Notes: generated by a model from the letters alone, not told the origin. 38,974 bases of DNA from a bacterium DOLZORAL124_64_63 (GCA_002747875.1 PDQT01000082.1:1-38974); one strand, 5' to 3'; shown: positions 17,032 through 26,551, counted from the stretch's first letter. Numbers and translations: made by a program.

Positions 17032-20000
17032 TCAGGCCAGCTCCACGACGTTCTCCGAAGGGTCCTTGTAGTTCGAGTATAGCACACCGCTGACGATCAC
17101 CAGCACCAGCAACACCAGGTTGAAGATGTGCACCCACACCGGAACGCCGTTGGCATCGCCCGCGCCATAGCTGTGCAAGCCCACCAGGAAGTAGTTCACG
17201 CCGAAGTAGGTCATCAGCACCGAATCGATCACGACCCAGTTCCACCAGGCATTCAGCCATATGCTGCGCAAGCTCTTGATGTAGCGGAAGTGCAGGCCCA
17301 CCGCGGCCACCAGGATGGTGATCCAGGACCAGGTCTCCTTGGGATCCCAACCCCAGTAGCGGCCCCAGCTCTCGTTGGCCCAGACCCCGCCCAGCAATGT
17401 GCCGATCGACAGCATACCCAGGCCCGCGACCAGGATCCAGAAATTGATCTTGTCCAGGACACGCAAAGCGAAGCTGATGGTCTCCTGGCGCCGGGTACTC
17501 TTGCTGAAGCTGCGCTGCAGGATCAGCATCATGCTCATCACGCCCTGCAGGAACGCCAGGCCGAAGAACGCGTAGCTGGCCGTGATGATGGTCACATGGA
17601 TGTTCAACCAGTAGCTGACCAGCACCGGCACCAGAGGCCCGATGGCCGGGTCGAAGATCGACAGCATGGACACGCCCAGGATGATCACCGTCAGCAGGGC
17701 GGACAGGCTGGCGGGCAAGGCCACCCGGAAAACCAGCTCCGCGATGAAGCCCAGGACGACGGCCGCCACGGCGATGAAGAGCAGCGATTCGTGGCCGTTG
17801 CTCAGGGGCGCGCGGCCCGACGCGATCCAGCGCAGAGCGTAGGCGGCGATCATCATGCCCAATCCGGCCAGATAGGCCAGCAGGCCCAGGCTGTAGACCG
17901 GGTTGCGGAAGCTGATTCTGGCCATGCGGTGGCGGAACAGATTCCAGAAGAAGGCTCCCATCATCAACACGAAAGCCCCCAGCAAGGGCACCATGGCCCA
18001 ACTGAAGAGGTGGCTCTTGTTGTAGAAAAGCTCGGCCTCGAGGCGGGTGTCGGACGGGATGACGGCCGCGCCGTATTCGTGCTGGATGGTGTCGATGGCC
18101 TGCAGGCCCTGCATGATACGGCCCTGGTCGCCCGCCTTCAGGCCCGACATGAGGCTGCTGTAAGCGGTGCCGTATTCTTCGGCCTGGGCGGCGGTCAGAC
18201 GCGGCCTCACGTCCTCGATGCTCAGCCAGGTGTTGTTCTCGTCCCCGGGTACCGGGAACAGGCGCAGGGTGCTGCCCTGGAAGGTCATGTACAGCAGGTT
18301 GAAGCGCTCGTCGAAGCTGATGAGCTTGCGCTGCACCTTGGAACGCTCGGGATCCGGGGTGCGGTGGGCCGCGCGCACGTCCTGCAGCAGGCGGTAGTCG
18401 TTCCCCTCGAAAAGGCTGGCCATGCTCACGCGCTTGGTGCCCTCGCTGACGCCCAGGAACTTCTTGAGGCCGCCGTGGCGCACGCCGATAACATCCTGTT
18501 TCCACCAGTAGGGCGGGTTGCTGCTCCAGTTCAGGAACATGTCCACGGGGTGCTCTTTGTGGAATTTGGTGCTCTTGGCCACCTTCATGGTCATCTCGCG
18601 GGCCAGGGTGTCCAGGGGTTTCATGCGGCCCTGGAAGTCCTGGATAACCAACCGGGAGGCCAGTTCGCGGGCGGGCTCGTCGAGGGAGACGAAGCCGGGA
18701 TCTTGATGTCCGGCATGATTCTGTCCGGCATGATTCTGTTCCGAATGGCCCCGCCCCTCATCCTGGGCCATGGCCTGCCCCGCGAAACCGCAGGTCAGCA
18801 GCACGGCCAGCACGGCCAGCGGCACGCGGCTCTGCCGGCTGCTGTGCGGGAACAGCACGTTCTTCAGCACCACCAGCACAAAGCCCAGCGTGATCAGAAA
18901 GTAGCCGAAATAAGTGGGGTACTTGCCGGGGTCGAAATTCACCGACAGCACCGTGCCCTTGCGGTCAGGATCGTAGGATGACTGGAAGTGCTTGGCGCCG
19001 CCGTACGACAGGGGGTGGTTCATGTAAATGTGCTCCCTCTGGTCCTTGATCCCGTTGGCCGGATCGTTGAGCAGCACGTAGCTCTCGTAGGTGGCCGGGT
19101 TGTCGCTGCCGGGGTAGGTGTTGAGCACGAAGTCGTCCAGCGTCAGACTGTAGGACAACGGGATCTTGATCGGCCCGTAGCCCAGGCGCAGGCGCCGGTC
19201 GTTCAGCTCCACCGTCTCGCTGCGGCTGGATTTGACGCAGATGGCCGACGCCTCGTTCCCCTGCCCGTCGCGAATGACGACACGGGCGGCGGGCGGAGCG
19301 TTGGGGTCTTCGCTCTCGGCGGGCACCAGCACCACGGAGTCCATCATGCGCATGGGCATGAAGCTGAAGCCACGGTCATCGTTCACATAAAGCATCTGCT
19401 CGGTCACGTCGAAGACCGCGGCGGCGGCAATGGCGCTGCGCTCCTCGGTGCTCATGTCCATGGCCTCGATGGGGAAGGAAGCCCGTGCGCGCAACTTGCC
19501 GTCGGCGAAAACGAACTCGATGCCCGAGGCCACGGTGTAGGCCATGTCCAGGTCCGCGAAGGGATCCTCGGCCCCGCTGTGCCCCATGCTGAATTCAGGG
19601 TGGTAGGCGAAGAAAACCCGCTCCCCGCTGCGGCCCCGATCATCTTTGATGGCCACGCGGATCATGGGGTTGTCCATGGGCCCGTCAGAACGGCTGGGTC
19701 CGCCCACCACGAAGCTGGTCTGGAATTCGGTGATCTCCAGCTCCAGGCCGCCGCAGGTGTGCACGCTGCCGTCGGGCGGACCGACGGGGATGGTGCAGAC
19801 CTCATCGCCGGAACGCACACGCAAATCACCATAGGGCGAGACGCTCGCATCACCGCGGAAATCTCCACGCCGCAGGCTGGCGTTCACCGAACCGATTTTC
19901 GTACGCTCACCCTCGGTCATCACCTTGGAAACGATCTCGCCATCCATGCTCACCCGGTACTGGAAACCGGCGGGACCGCCGGGTCCAGCCTGGTACACCT

Positions 20001-20523
20001 CGGCGAAGTGGGGCCAGAAATCGGCCACGCCCAGTTCGTACTCCTGCCCGTCCACCATGACCTTCTGCCAGATATCCCCCTGTTGGCGCTTGTACAGGCG
20101 CACCGGGAAGCTGGCCTCCTGGGTCTCGCCCGTCACGCGGACGTGGTCCTTGGCGCTGAGGATATAATCCGTGGTAGCCCCCTCCCGAATGGGCATCACT
20201 CCCTCGTAGCCCATGTAGCGGGTCATGCCCGCGGCCACCAGAATCACGATCATCGCGATGTGGACCAGCACCGCACCCGTCTGGTGCGCCTTGTAGGGCA
20301 TGCGCTTGAAGAAGGACAACAGAAGATTTAGACAGATGAAGGCCAGGGCCCCTTCAAACCACCACGCGTCGTAGATGATGTCGAAGGCGGCGTCACGTCC
20401 ACCATAGAAGGATTCAATGAAGGTCCCGAAAATACTGGCGATGGCCACCACGGCCATCAGCACGACACCTAGCTTCATCGAGGCCAGGAAGTTGAGGGCG
20501 GGATTCTTGAAGAGTTCTTTCAC
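17032..20523 (-). CDS. ccsA: Fused system II cytochrome c synthetase CcsBA (ResB + CcsA)
   Basis: N-terminal ResB-like TMs with conserved His (VLVHIAM), MNHPLSYGG..FQSSY, and WWD domain GGVWANESWGRYWGWDPKETW plus GLHSY; GTG start at 20523 or 20532. Confidence 0.93.
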   Translation of the reverse strand: MKELFKNPALNFLASMKLGVVLMAVVAIASIFGTFIESFYGGRDAAFDIIYDAWWFEGALAFICLNLLLSFFKRMPYKAHQTGAVLVHIAMIVILVAAGMTRYMGYEGVMPIREGATTDYILSAKDHVRVTGETQEASFPVRLYKRQQGDIWQKVMVDGQEYELGVADFWPHFAEVYQAGPGGPAGFQYRVSMDGEIVSKVMTEGERTKIGSVNASLRRGDFRGDASVSPYGDLRVRSGDEVCTIPVGPPDGSVHTCGGLELEITEFQTSFVVGGPSRSDGPMDNPMIRVAIKDDRGRSGERVFFAYHPEFSMGHSGAEDPFADLDMAYTVASGIEFVFADGKLRARASFPIEAMDMSTEERSAIAAAAVFDVTEQMLYVNDDRGFSFMPMRMMDSVVLVPAESEDPNAPPAARVVIRDGQGNEASAICVKSSRSETVELNDRRLRLGYGPIKIPLSYSLTLDDFVLNTYPGSDNPATYESYVLLNDPANGIKDQREHIYMNHPLSYGGAKHFQSSYDPDRKGTVLSVNFDPGKYPTYFGYFLITLGFVLVVLKNVLFPHSSRQSRVPLAVLAVLLTCGFAGQAMAQDEGRGHSEQNHAGQNHAGHQDPGFVSLDEPARELASRLVIQDFQGRMKPLDTLAREMTMKVAKSTKFHKEHPVDMFLNWSSNPPYWWKQDVIGVRHGGLKKFLGVSEGTKRVSMASLFEGNDYRLLQDVRAAHRTPDPERSKVQRKLISFDERFNLLYMTFQGSTLRLFPVPGDENNTWLSIEDVRPRLTAAQAEEYGTAYSSLMSGLKAGDQGRIMQGLQAIDTIQHEYGAAVIPSDTRLEAELFYNKSHLFSWAMVPLLGAFVLMMGAFFWNLFRHRMARISFRNPVYSLGLLAYLAGLGMMIAAYALRWIASGRAPLSNGHESLLFIAVAAVVLGFIAELVFRVALPASLSALLTVIILGVSMLSIFDPAIGPLVPVLVSYWLNIHVTIITASYAFFGLAFLQGVMSMMLILQRSFSKSTRRQETISFALRVLDKINFWILVAGLGMLSIGTLLGGVWANESWGRYWGWDPKETWSWITILVAAVGLHFRYIKSLRSIWLNAWWNWVVIDSVLMTYFGVNYFLVGLHSYGAGDANGVPVWVHIFNLVLLVLVIVSGVLYSNYKDPSENVVELA
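18707..18739. repeat. Perfect 15-bp tandem duplication (QNHAG x2) inside ccsBA
   Basis: TGTCCGGCATGATTC x2 plus TGT. Confidence 0.9.
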
Positions 20524-20912
20524 GTGGACCACCTAGTTGGGGAGAATCGATCAGCGGATATCGAGATCGGGTTGATGTAGGCGACACCGCCATAATAAAA
20601 GCTGGGTTCCGCAAAGCCTATAAAAAACGAAGGGCGAAAAGGTTTCCCTGTCCTGTTTGGGAAGCGGAAAATCCCGCCCGTAAGCACTTTCATTCCGTCC
20701 CGGCGAGCTTACCCTCCCCGCACAACCCCATCTGGCCGGGAACCCAGGCCCCCAACGAAGCCTCACGAGGCATTTTTCGTATTGATAAGGTATTTCTTCA
20801 ACGAAGGACTACAGTCCAAAGAGGCTTAGCATCTTGAACGATCCGAACATGGCCTAAAACCGCAAAAACCGGCATTTTTACCGCCCAAAGCTTCTCGCGA
20901 AGCCCAGAACCC

Positions 20913-20936
20913 GGTGTTACACCTCGGGTGTTACAC
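20913..20936. promoter_or_regulatory. Two quasi-palindromic GTGTTACAC boxes 14 bp apart; candidate operator
   Basis: GGTGTTACAC at 20913-20922 and 20927-20936 in the AT-rich divergent intergenic region. Confidence 0.55.
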
Positions 20937-21006
20937 ATTTCTAACAAAACATCATATAAAAACTGTATCAAGGGGCGACACATATCCACCACAAGTCATC
21001 TATTAG

Positions 21007-21054
21007 AACAAAAACAAAAAAGACTTGACCTAAAGACAACAACTCCGCTAAAGT
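21007..21054 (+). promoter_or_regulatory. Putative sigma70-type promoter with UP element
   Basis: A-tract AACAAAAACAAAAAA, -35 TTGACC (21025-21030), 18-bp spacer, -10 TAAAGT (21049-21054). Confidence 0.55.
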
Positions 21055-21119
21055 AGCCTCCATCACTCTCCGTCTTGCTCACGGGATACGCTCCCGCAAA
21101 AATGGAGCCACATGGCATA

Positions 21120-21458
21120 ATGTGTTTGCAAACCTCATGGCCTCGGCACAGGCTGGTGGCTGCCTGCTTGGTCTACCTGATCCTCATTCTGGGACCGGTG
21201 GCCCCCGCGACGGCCAAACCAGCACACCTTCACTACCAGATTTCCGATGGCGCGGAGGGAGATCCGGGCGACGGGGTGCTGAAACCCGGTCCCGTTCTGG
21301 AGCCCGGCCCCATCCCCGTCAAAACACGGATACCGGAAATCGTGGCGGTGTACATGGAACGCCGGCCCGACGGTACCATACGACCTGTGATCATTTTACG
21401 GGACATCCCCACAGGATTCCGCTGGCTTGATGAGGGGAGGTGCCACCGTGCGCCCTGA
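21120..21458 (+). CDS. Small secreted protein / candidate signalling propeptide
   Basis: Sec signal (RHR + LVAACLVYLILILG + PATA cleavage); stop overlaps the next start by 11 nt; alternative ATG at 21102. Confidence 0.62.
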   Translation: MCLQTSWPRHRLVAACLVYLILILGPVAPATAKPAHLHYQISDGAEGDPGDGVLKPGPVLEPGPIPVKTRIPEIVAVYMERRPDGTIRPVIILRDIPTGFRWLDEGRCHRAP

Positions 21459-23919
21459 GCAAGTCCCCCCCAACTCCGTCCCCACCACAGGCCCGGAGGG
21501 ACTGGTCCCGGAGGCGTACCACCGCGCCCGGCGTCTGCATCTGGAAGGCCGGACCCGCGAAGCTCTGCAGAGCCTGGAGGCAATCCTTGGCCCGGATGGA
21601 AAGACATCCCGCTTGCCCGCCGGCCAAGCCCTCAGCATGCGTGACGCCACCCTGCTCAAGGGCTGGTGCCTGATCGAGCTGAAGCGCCACAAACTCTGCA
21701 AACAGTGGCTGGAAACCGCCCGGGGTCACGGCTTCCTGCAGGCGGACGATCCTGCCGGCATGATCCTCGAACTGAACATCCAGATCTTCGAGGAACATTA
21801 CGAGATCGTTCAGGATATGGCCCTCAGCCTGCTGTCCGACGCCCCCCAGGTGGCGGACCTGAACACCGCGGAGCTGCGGCTCCTGCTGGGCGCCGCCTTG
21901 CGCTGGCAAGGCAACCTGGCGGAAGCCGTGCCCCATCTGGAATTCGCCTGTAGCGCCTTCCTCATCCTGGGAGAACCCGGACGCGAGGCCGTGGCCGCGA
22001 ATTTCTTGGGCTGGACCCATCTTTCCATGGGCCATCTGGAAGAAGGACGCCGCTGGTTCGAAAAGAGCCTGCGGATCAACACCGGCCTGGGCGCCACCCT
22101 GCGCGTGGCCCAGAACTGCCAGAACCTGTCCATCGTCGCCTATAAGCAGGGGCGCTATTCCGCGGCCCTGGAGCTGTTGGAACAGGAACTGGACATGGCC
22201 GACGGAACCCCGGACATGGTCTGCCGCGCCCGTATTGCCGAGGGCAACATCAAGCGCCTCCTGGGCGATTTCCTGGGGGCCCGGCCCGCTCTCATGGAGG
22301 GCTACAGCCTGGCCACCGAAAACGGCATGGCCCGCGAGGAAGCCCTGGCCCTGGAGTTTCTGGGCGATGTCCTGCGGGACGAGGGCAACCCCGCCGAAGC
22401 CCGCCGCTACTACCAGCGCGGCCAGACGGTGGCCCGGGCCCTGGCCCCCCGCGGCGATCTGGTCATGGAACTGTTGCGCCGCGAAGGCGAATGCCTGGAC
22501 CTGGAAGGACGGCACGAAGAAGCCCTGCATCTCCTGAGCGACGCGCTGGCCTTCTGCCGCGAGGTGGGCGACCGCTTCGAGAAGGCCGTCACCTATCGCT
22601 GCTTGGCCATGAACGCGGCCAATCTGGGGCGCTGGAAAGCCGCCGAAGAGCATTTCCGCAAAGCCCTGGACGGCCTACGGCATCTTTCGGCCCGGCACGA
22701 GATGATGATCGCCGAACACCAGAAGGCGCGCACCCTGCTGCGCCGCATCGATTCCGGCAACGCCGGTGGTGCCGGAGGTCGCCTCTTGAATCAGGCCTGG
22801 CGCAGCGCCCTGGCGGCCCAGCAGCTGAACCAGGAGCTGGGCGTCGACTACCAACGCCTGGATATACAGGAAACGGTGGCCGATCTGGCTCGCCGCCGGG
22901 TGAATCGGCGTGATGCCCGCGGCGGCCGGCCCGTCTTCAGCCTGAAGGCGGCCCCTTCGACCCGCGTCATCGCCGTCAGCGGCGCCATGCAGCGGATTCT
23001 GCGCACCTGTGACGGTTTCGCCCGCTACGACACTCCCGTGCTCCTGCACGGCGAACCCGGCACGGGCAAGGAGTTGCTGGCCCATCGGCTGCACGAGGCC
23101 AGCCCCCGCAGCAGCCGACCGCTGATCAAGGTGGTCTGCACCCCCACCAGCGAGGAAGTCCTGGCCTGGGAGATTTTCGGGAAGGTCCGCGCCGCCAAGG
23201 GCACTCTGAACGACCTGCCTGGTCTGGTGGCCCAGGCCGAGGGCGGCACCCTCCTGCTCAGCGGCGTGGACAACCTGCCGCGCGGCCTGCAGGCGCGCAT
23301 CATGGAACTGCTGCGCAACAGCACCTACAGGCGCATCGGCGGCAGCCGGGAGCATCGGGCGGACCTGCGCATCATCGCCACCTGCAACGGAGATCTGAAG
23401 GCGGCCGTGGAAGCGGGCGACTTCCGCCCGGACCTGCACTTCAAGCTGACGCTGCTGAAGACCGAAGTCCCCCCCTTGCGCGACCGGCCCGAGGATATCC
23501 TGCCCCTGCTGGATCACTTCCTGACCCGGCACGAGGGCAGCACCCTGACGGCCCGCAGCCTGTTCGATTTCCAGGCTCTGGACGATCTGAGCCGGCACAC
23601 TTGGCCCGGCAACGTGGCCGAACTGGAAGCCATCGCCCAGCGGGCCTGGCTGAACCGCGACTTGGGCCAGGCCCTGCAACTGCGGCGCATCAAGGGCCGG
23701 GACGGCGGCCATGAGTTGGAGTTCTTCCTGCCCGACCGCCCCCAGGGCCAAGCCGGCGCCAAGGTGGACACACCGCCGGCCGGAGGCATGACCTGGAGCA
23801 GCCTGAACAACCTGATCGACCGCGCCGGCGGCAACAAGAGCCACGTGGCCAGGAACCTGGGCATCAGCCGGGTCACCCTGTACCGCTGGCTGGATCGTCT
23901 GGACCCGAAAAACGGGTAA
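21448..23919 (+). CDS. TPR-domain transcriptional regulator with degenerate sigma54-activator AAA+ domain and Fis-type HTH
   Basis: Several TPRs; Walker A GEPGTGKE, FRPDLHFKL, WPGNVAEL, GNKSHVARNLGISRVTLYRWL; GAFTGA and Walker B DE absent; GTG 21448 with GGAGG RBS. Confidence 0.88.
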   Translation: MRPEQVPPNSVPTTGPEGLVPEAYHRARRLHLEGRTREALQSLEAILGPDGKTSRLPAGQALSMRDATLLKGWCLIELKRHKLCKQWLETARGHGFLQADDPAGMILELNIQIFEEHYEIVQDMALSLLSDAPQVADLNTAELRLLLGAALRWQGNLAEAVPHLEFACSAFLILGEPGREAVAANFLGWTHLSMGHLEEGRRWFEKSLRINTGLGATLRVAQNCQNLSIVAYKQGRYSAALELLEQELDMADGTPDMVCRARIAEGNIKRLLGDFLGARPALMEGYSLATENGMAREEALALEFLGDVLRDEGNPAEARRYYQRGQTVARALAPRGDLVMELLRREGECLDLEGRHEEALHLLSDALAFCREVGDRFEKAVTYRCLAMNAANLGRWKAAEEHFRKALDGLRHLSARHEMMIAEHQKARTLLRRIDSGNAGGAGGRLLNQAWRSALAAQQLNQELGVDYQRLDIQETVADLARRRVNRRDARGGRPVFSLKAAPSTRVIAVSGAMQRILRTCDGFARYDTPVLLHGEPGTGKELLAHRLHEASPRSSRPLIKVVCTPTSEEVLAWEIFGKVRAAKGTLNDLPGLVAQAEGGTLLLSGVDNLPRGLQARIMELLRNSTYRRIGGSREHRADLRIIATCNGDLKAAVEAGDFRPDLHFKLTLLKTEVPPLRDRPEDILPLLDHFLTRHEGSTLTARSLFDFQALDDLSRHTWPGNVAELEAIAQRAWLNRDLGQALQLRRIKGRDGGHELEFFLPDRPQGQAGAKVDTPPAGGMTWSSLNNLIDRAGGNKSHVARNLGISRVTLYRWLDRLDPKNG

Positions 23920-23931
23920 CGGAGGATCACG

Positions 23932-23953
23932 TGGCCGGGACGGAGCCCGGCCA
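23932..23953. terminator. Hairpin between convergent genes, putative terminator
   Basis: TGGCCGGG-ACGGAG-CCCGGCCA. Confidence 0.5.
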
Positions 23954-23988
23954 AACATGCTCACGTATTGCTGATCAGCTATCGATAA

Positions 23989-24411
23989 TCACTCGCCGAT
24001 GATCTTGACCAGGATCCGCTTGGAGCGGCGTCCATCGAACTCCCCGTAGAAAATCCTCTCCCAAGGACCGAAATCCAGCCGCCCGTCCGTTACGGCCACC
24101 ACCACCTCGCGCCCCATGATCTGCCGTTTGTGGTGGGCGTCGCCGTTGTCCTCGCCGGTGCGGTTGTGGTGGTAACGTTCCGGCGAGGGGTCGAAGGGCG
24201 CCAGCTCCTCCAACCAGCGTTTGTAATCCGCGTGCAACCCGGGCTCGTCGTCATTGATGAAAACCGAAGCCGTGATGTGCATGGCGTTCACCAGGCAGAG
24301 GCCTTCGCGGATGCCGCTGGCGCGCAACTCCTTCTCCACCAAGGGTGTGATGTGGATGAAGTCCATGCGCTCGGGGACTTCCAGAATCAGGTATTGGGTG
24401 TGAGATTTCAT
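23989..24411 (-). CDS. yjbQ: YjbQ/UPF0047 family protein
   Basis: [45 protein letters not shown]. Confidence 0.92.
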   Translation of the reverse strand: MKSHTQYLILEVPERMDFIHITPLVEKELRASGIREGLCLVNAMHITASVFINDDEPGLHADYKRWLEELAPFDPSPERYHHNRTGEDNGDAHHKRQIMGREVVVAVTDGRLDFGPWERIFYGEFDGRRSKRILVKIIGE

Positions 24412-24459
24412 GGTTTGGCCTTTCTGGTTGGTGGTGGCGATGGCGGGGATTCCCGTGGC

Positions 24460-25083
24460 TCAGTGCAGAGAGAATTTCGGGGATACACCCCGCACCGTGG
24501 TGCTGTCCAGCCCCGCCATTTTCTTGATCAGGCTCAGGGTCAGTTCTCCCAGGGTTTCCCCGTTCATTTCCGGCGCATCTTCCGCCCCCATCAACCAGCT
24601 CTCGAAGCCCCGCACCTCCTGGTAGCCCACCGTCCGAAAGATCACCTCCATTTCCAGATAGTAGCGGGCGTCCTTCTCCAGCCTGGGCACACCTTCCAGA
24701 GCCATGGCCTCACGACGGCACAGGGTTTTGGTCAGCCCCTCCAAGGCGTCGCACGCGCCCAGAGGGCGACCCCGATGATCGAAAAGATGGTAATTTTCTT
24801 CCAGAACATCGAAGTAAATGCGGTTTTCCAGTTCGCCCCGGGCCACCTCGGCGTCGCGCCAGCCCTCGCGTTCGCGCCGCAACTTCCAGCGGAAGATCAG
24901 GGTGGCCGGCACACCCGCTTCCAGGGATTCCAGGCTGCTGTCGCACAGCAGGCCCCGCAGGGTCACGTCCACCAGGAGGCGTCCCTCCTGCACCCGAGGC
25001 GGCCCCAGTTCCAGCAGCGGACCTTCGGCCAAAGACGGCACCGCCGCCCCCAACAGCCATGTCAGCAGGACCAGATTCCGCAT
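24460..25083 (-). CDS. Exported DUF4390-like protein
   Basis: Signal peptide; ESLEAGVPATLIF.WKL.R.R..W.D...I.FD.LEE.Y pattern; near an NtrY/NtrX-like pair, where DUF4390 genes commonly lie. Confidence 0.72.
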   Translation of the reverse strand: MRNLVLLTWLLGAAVPSLAEGPLLELGPPRVQEGRLLVDVTLRGLLCDSSLESLEAGVPATLIFRWKLRREREGWRDAEVARGELENRIYFDVLEENYHLFDHRGRPLGACDALEGLTKTLCRREAMALEGVPRLEKDARYYLEMEVIFRTVGYQEVRGFESWLMGAEDAPEMNGETLGELTLSLIKKMAGLDSTTVRGVSPKFSLH

Positions 25084-25084
25084 C

Positions 25085-26551
25085 TCAGAACCCCCTGCGC
25101 AACCGCATCTGGATGCTGACGGGATGGTTCCCGCCGTCCAGACGCTGGATGAGGTCGATACGAAGGTTCTCGTCATCATCCCGCAGCAAGCCGATACCGG
25201 TGCTGGATTTCAGATCTCCCAGGTCTCCAGCCGCATGGGCGTCCTGCCAGACCATCCCCGTGTCGTAGAACAAGGCCAGCCCCAGACCGGCACCGGCCTT
25301 GAAGCTGTACTCCACGTTGGCCAGCAGGCTCATCTCCCCGCCAAAGGGTTGCCCCGGCGCGTCCGTAGCCGGCAACAGCAGGCTCTGATAGCCGTAACCG
25401 CGCACCGTGCCCCGCCCCCCCAGCAGGAAGCGCTCCTGCAGGGGCAACCTCCCCTTCAGATTACGACCGGCCGCCACGCGGGCGTCCAGTCTGGCCACCT
25501 GGCTTTGGCCCAGATCCAGCCGGCCGCGCGCCTGAGCCCAGACGCGTTCAAAATTGAAATCACCGCCAAAAAGGCCACCGCCGCTGCGCTCATACAAAAT
25601 CTTGATATGGTTGAAGCGGCGCCCCACCCGTATCTGGCCGAAAAGACTGCGCAGAGTCCCCTCGTCGATGGCCGGGTTGGGGATGAATTCACCACCTTTC
25701 CAGGACCAGACCGAGCGGCGCCCCAGGCGGGTCTGCTCCACGCTGCGCACACCCGTTTCCAGACGCAGCCAGTCTCCTTGCCCCAGCACCAGGCTGGCCC
25801 GCCCCCCCTTGGCACGGTGATAGTCGAAGTAGTCCTCGTGCAGAAAAAAACCCGCCAGGGTGTTCTCCATGGTTCCGATCCCGCTGAATCGGTTATTGGG
25901 CATCGTCCGGTCAAAAATGGCGATTTTCAGGCTCAGGGGGGCCAGGCCCAAAGGCTGCAACAGACACAGCCCACCGCCGAAGCGACCGCTGCTGAATCCG
26001 TAATTCACGTGCCACCGCAGAGCAGGCGCGAAGGGCTCCTTGCCCATGTGGCTGTCAGCAATATTCAGAACGAGGCCATCCACCCGCTGGTAGCTGACGA
26101 TGGACGTGATGCCCTGGTCGCGTTTCAGTTCGCGCCGAATACGGCAGTCGCGCTGCCGGCATTCCTTCTTCCGCTCCTGGCCGCGGCCCGCTGGCGAAAG
26201 ACGCCGTCCGGCTTTCAGGACCGAGACCCAGCCATATTCCTCGTGGTTGATGGCGGTGGGGTTATTGGGATCGATGGCATTCCACCGGTCATCCTGTTCC
26301 AGAACGGAGAAACGGTAGTACGCCCGTGAGGCGGGCACGCGCAAACGCAGCAACCACTGGCTATCTTCCCGCTTCAGGGGCACCTGTTGCCAAGCGGTAA
26401 AGGTTCCGACGATGCAGACCGCTTTGTAGTCGTTATCCGGGTAGGTGAACTCCACCCAGCGCGTGTCCGCGGGTGCGGCGGCCTGGGCATCAGGGGCGCA
26501 GATCGAAGCCCCGGGCCACAGGATAAGAAGAATCAGCAAGAGCATGGTCAT
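25085..26551 (-). CDS. Omp85 (BamA/TamA-type) beta-barrel outer-membrane protein with N-terminal CBM48-like domain
   Basis: Signal peptide; VEFTY..AVCIVGTFTAW..VPL....W...YYRF...DPNNP; LGGRGTVRGY lid motif; FYDTG; terminal Phe; ATG 26551 with GGAG RBS. Confidence 0.82.
   Translation of the reverse strand: MTMLLLILLILWPGASICAPDAQAAAPADTRWVEFTYPDNDYKAVCIVGTFTAWQQVPLKREDSQWLLRLRVPASRAYYRFSVLEQDDRWNAIDPNNPTAINHEEYGWVSVLKAGRRLSPAGRGQERKKECRQRDCRIRRELKRDQGITSIVSYQRVDGLVLNIADSHMGKEPFAPALRWHVNYGFSSGRFGGGLCLLQPLGLAPLSLKIAIFDRTMPNNRFSGIGTMENTLAGFFLHEDYFDYHRAKGGRASLVLGQGDWLRLETGVRSVEQTRLGRRSVWSWKGGEFIPNPAIDEGTLRSLFGQIRVGRRFNHIKILYERSGGGLFGGDFNFERVWAQARGRLDLGQSQVARLDARVAAGRNLKGRLPLQERFLLGGRGTVRGYGYQSLLLPATDAPGQPFGGEMSLLANVEYSFKAGAGLGLALFYDTGMVWQDAHAAGDLGDLKSSTGIGLLRDDDENLRIDLIQRLDGGNHPVSIQMRLRRGF

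Noticed and set aside
20798-20992. 64-aa minus-strand ORF in the AT-rich intergenic region
   Set aside because: Atypical codon usage, no convincing RBS, and it overlaps putative operator elements.
20540-21110. Low-GC stretch as a mobile element or replication origin
   Set aside because: No terminal repeats, transposase or integrase, and no DnaA-box cluster seen; explained as a divergent promoter region.
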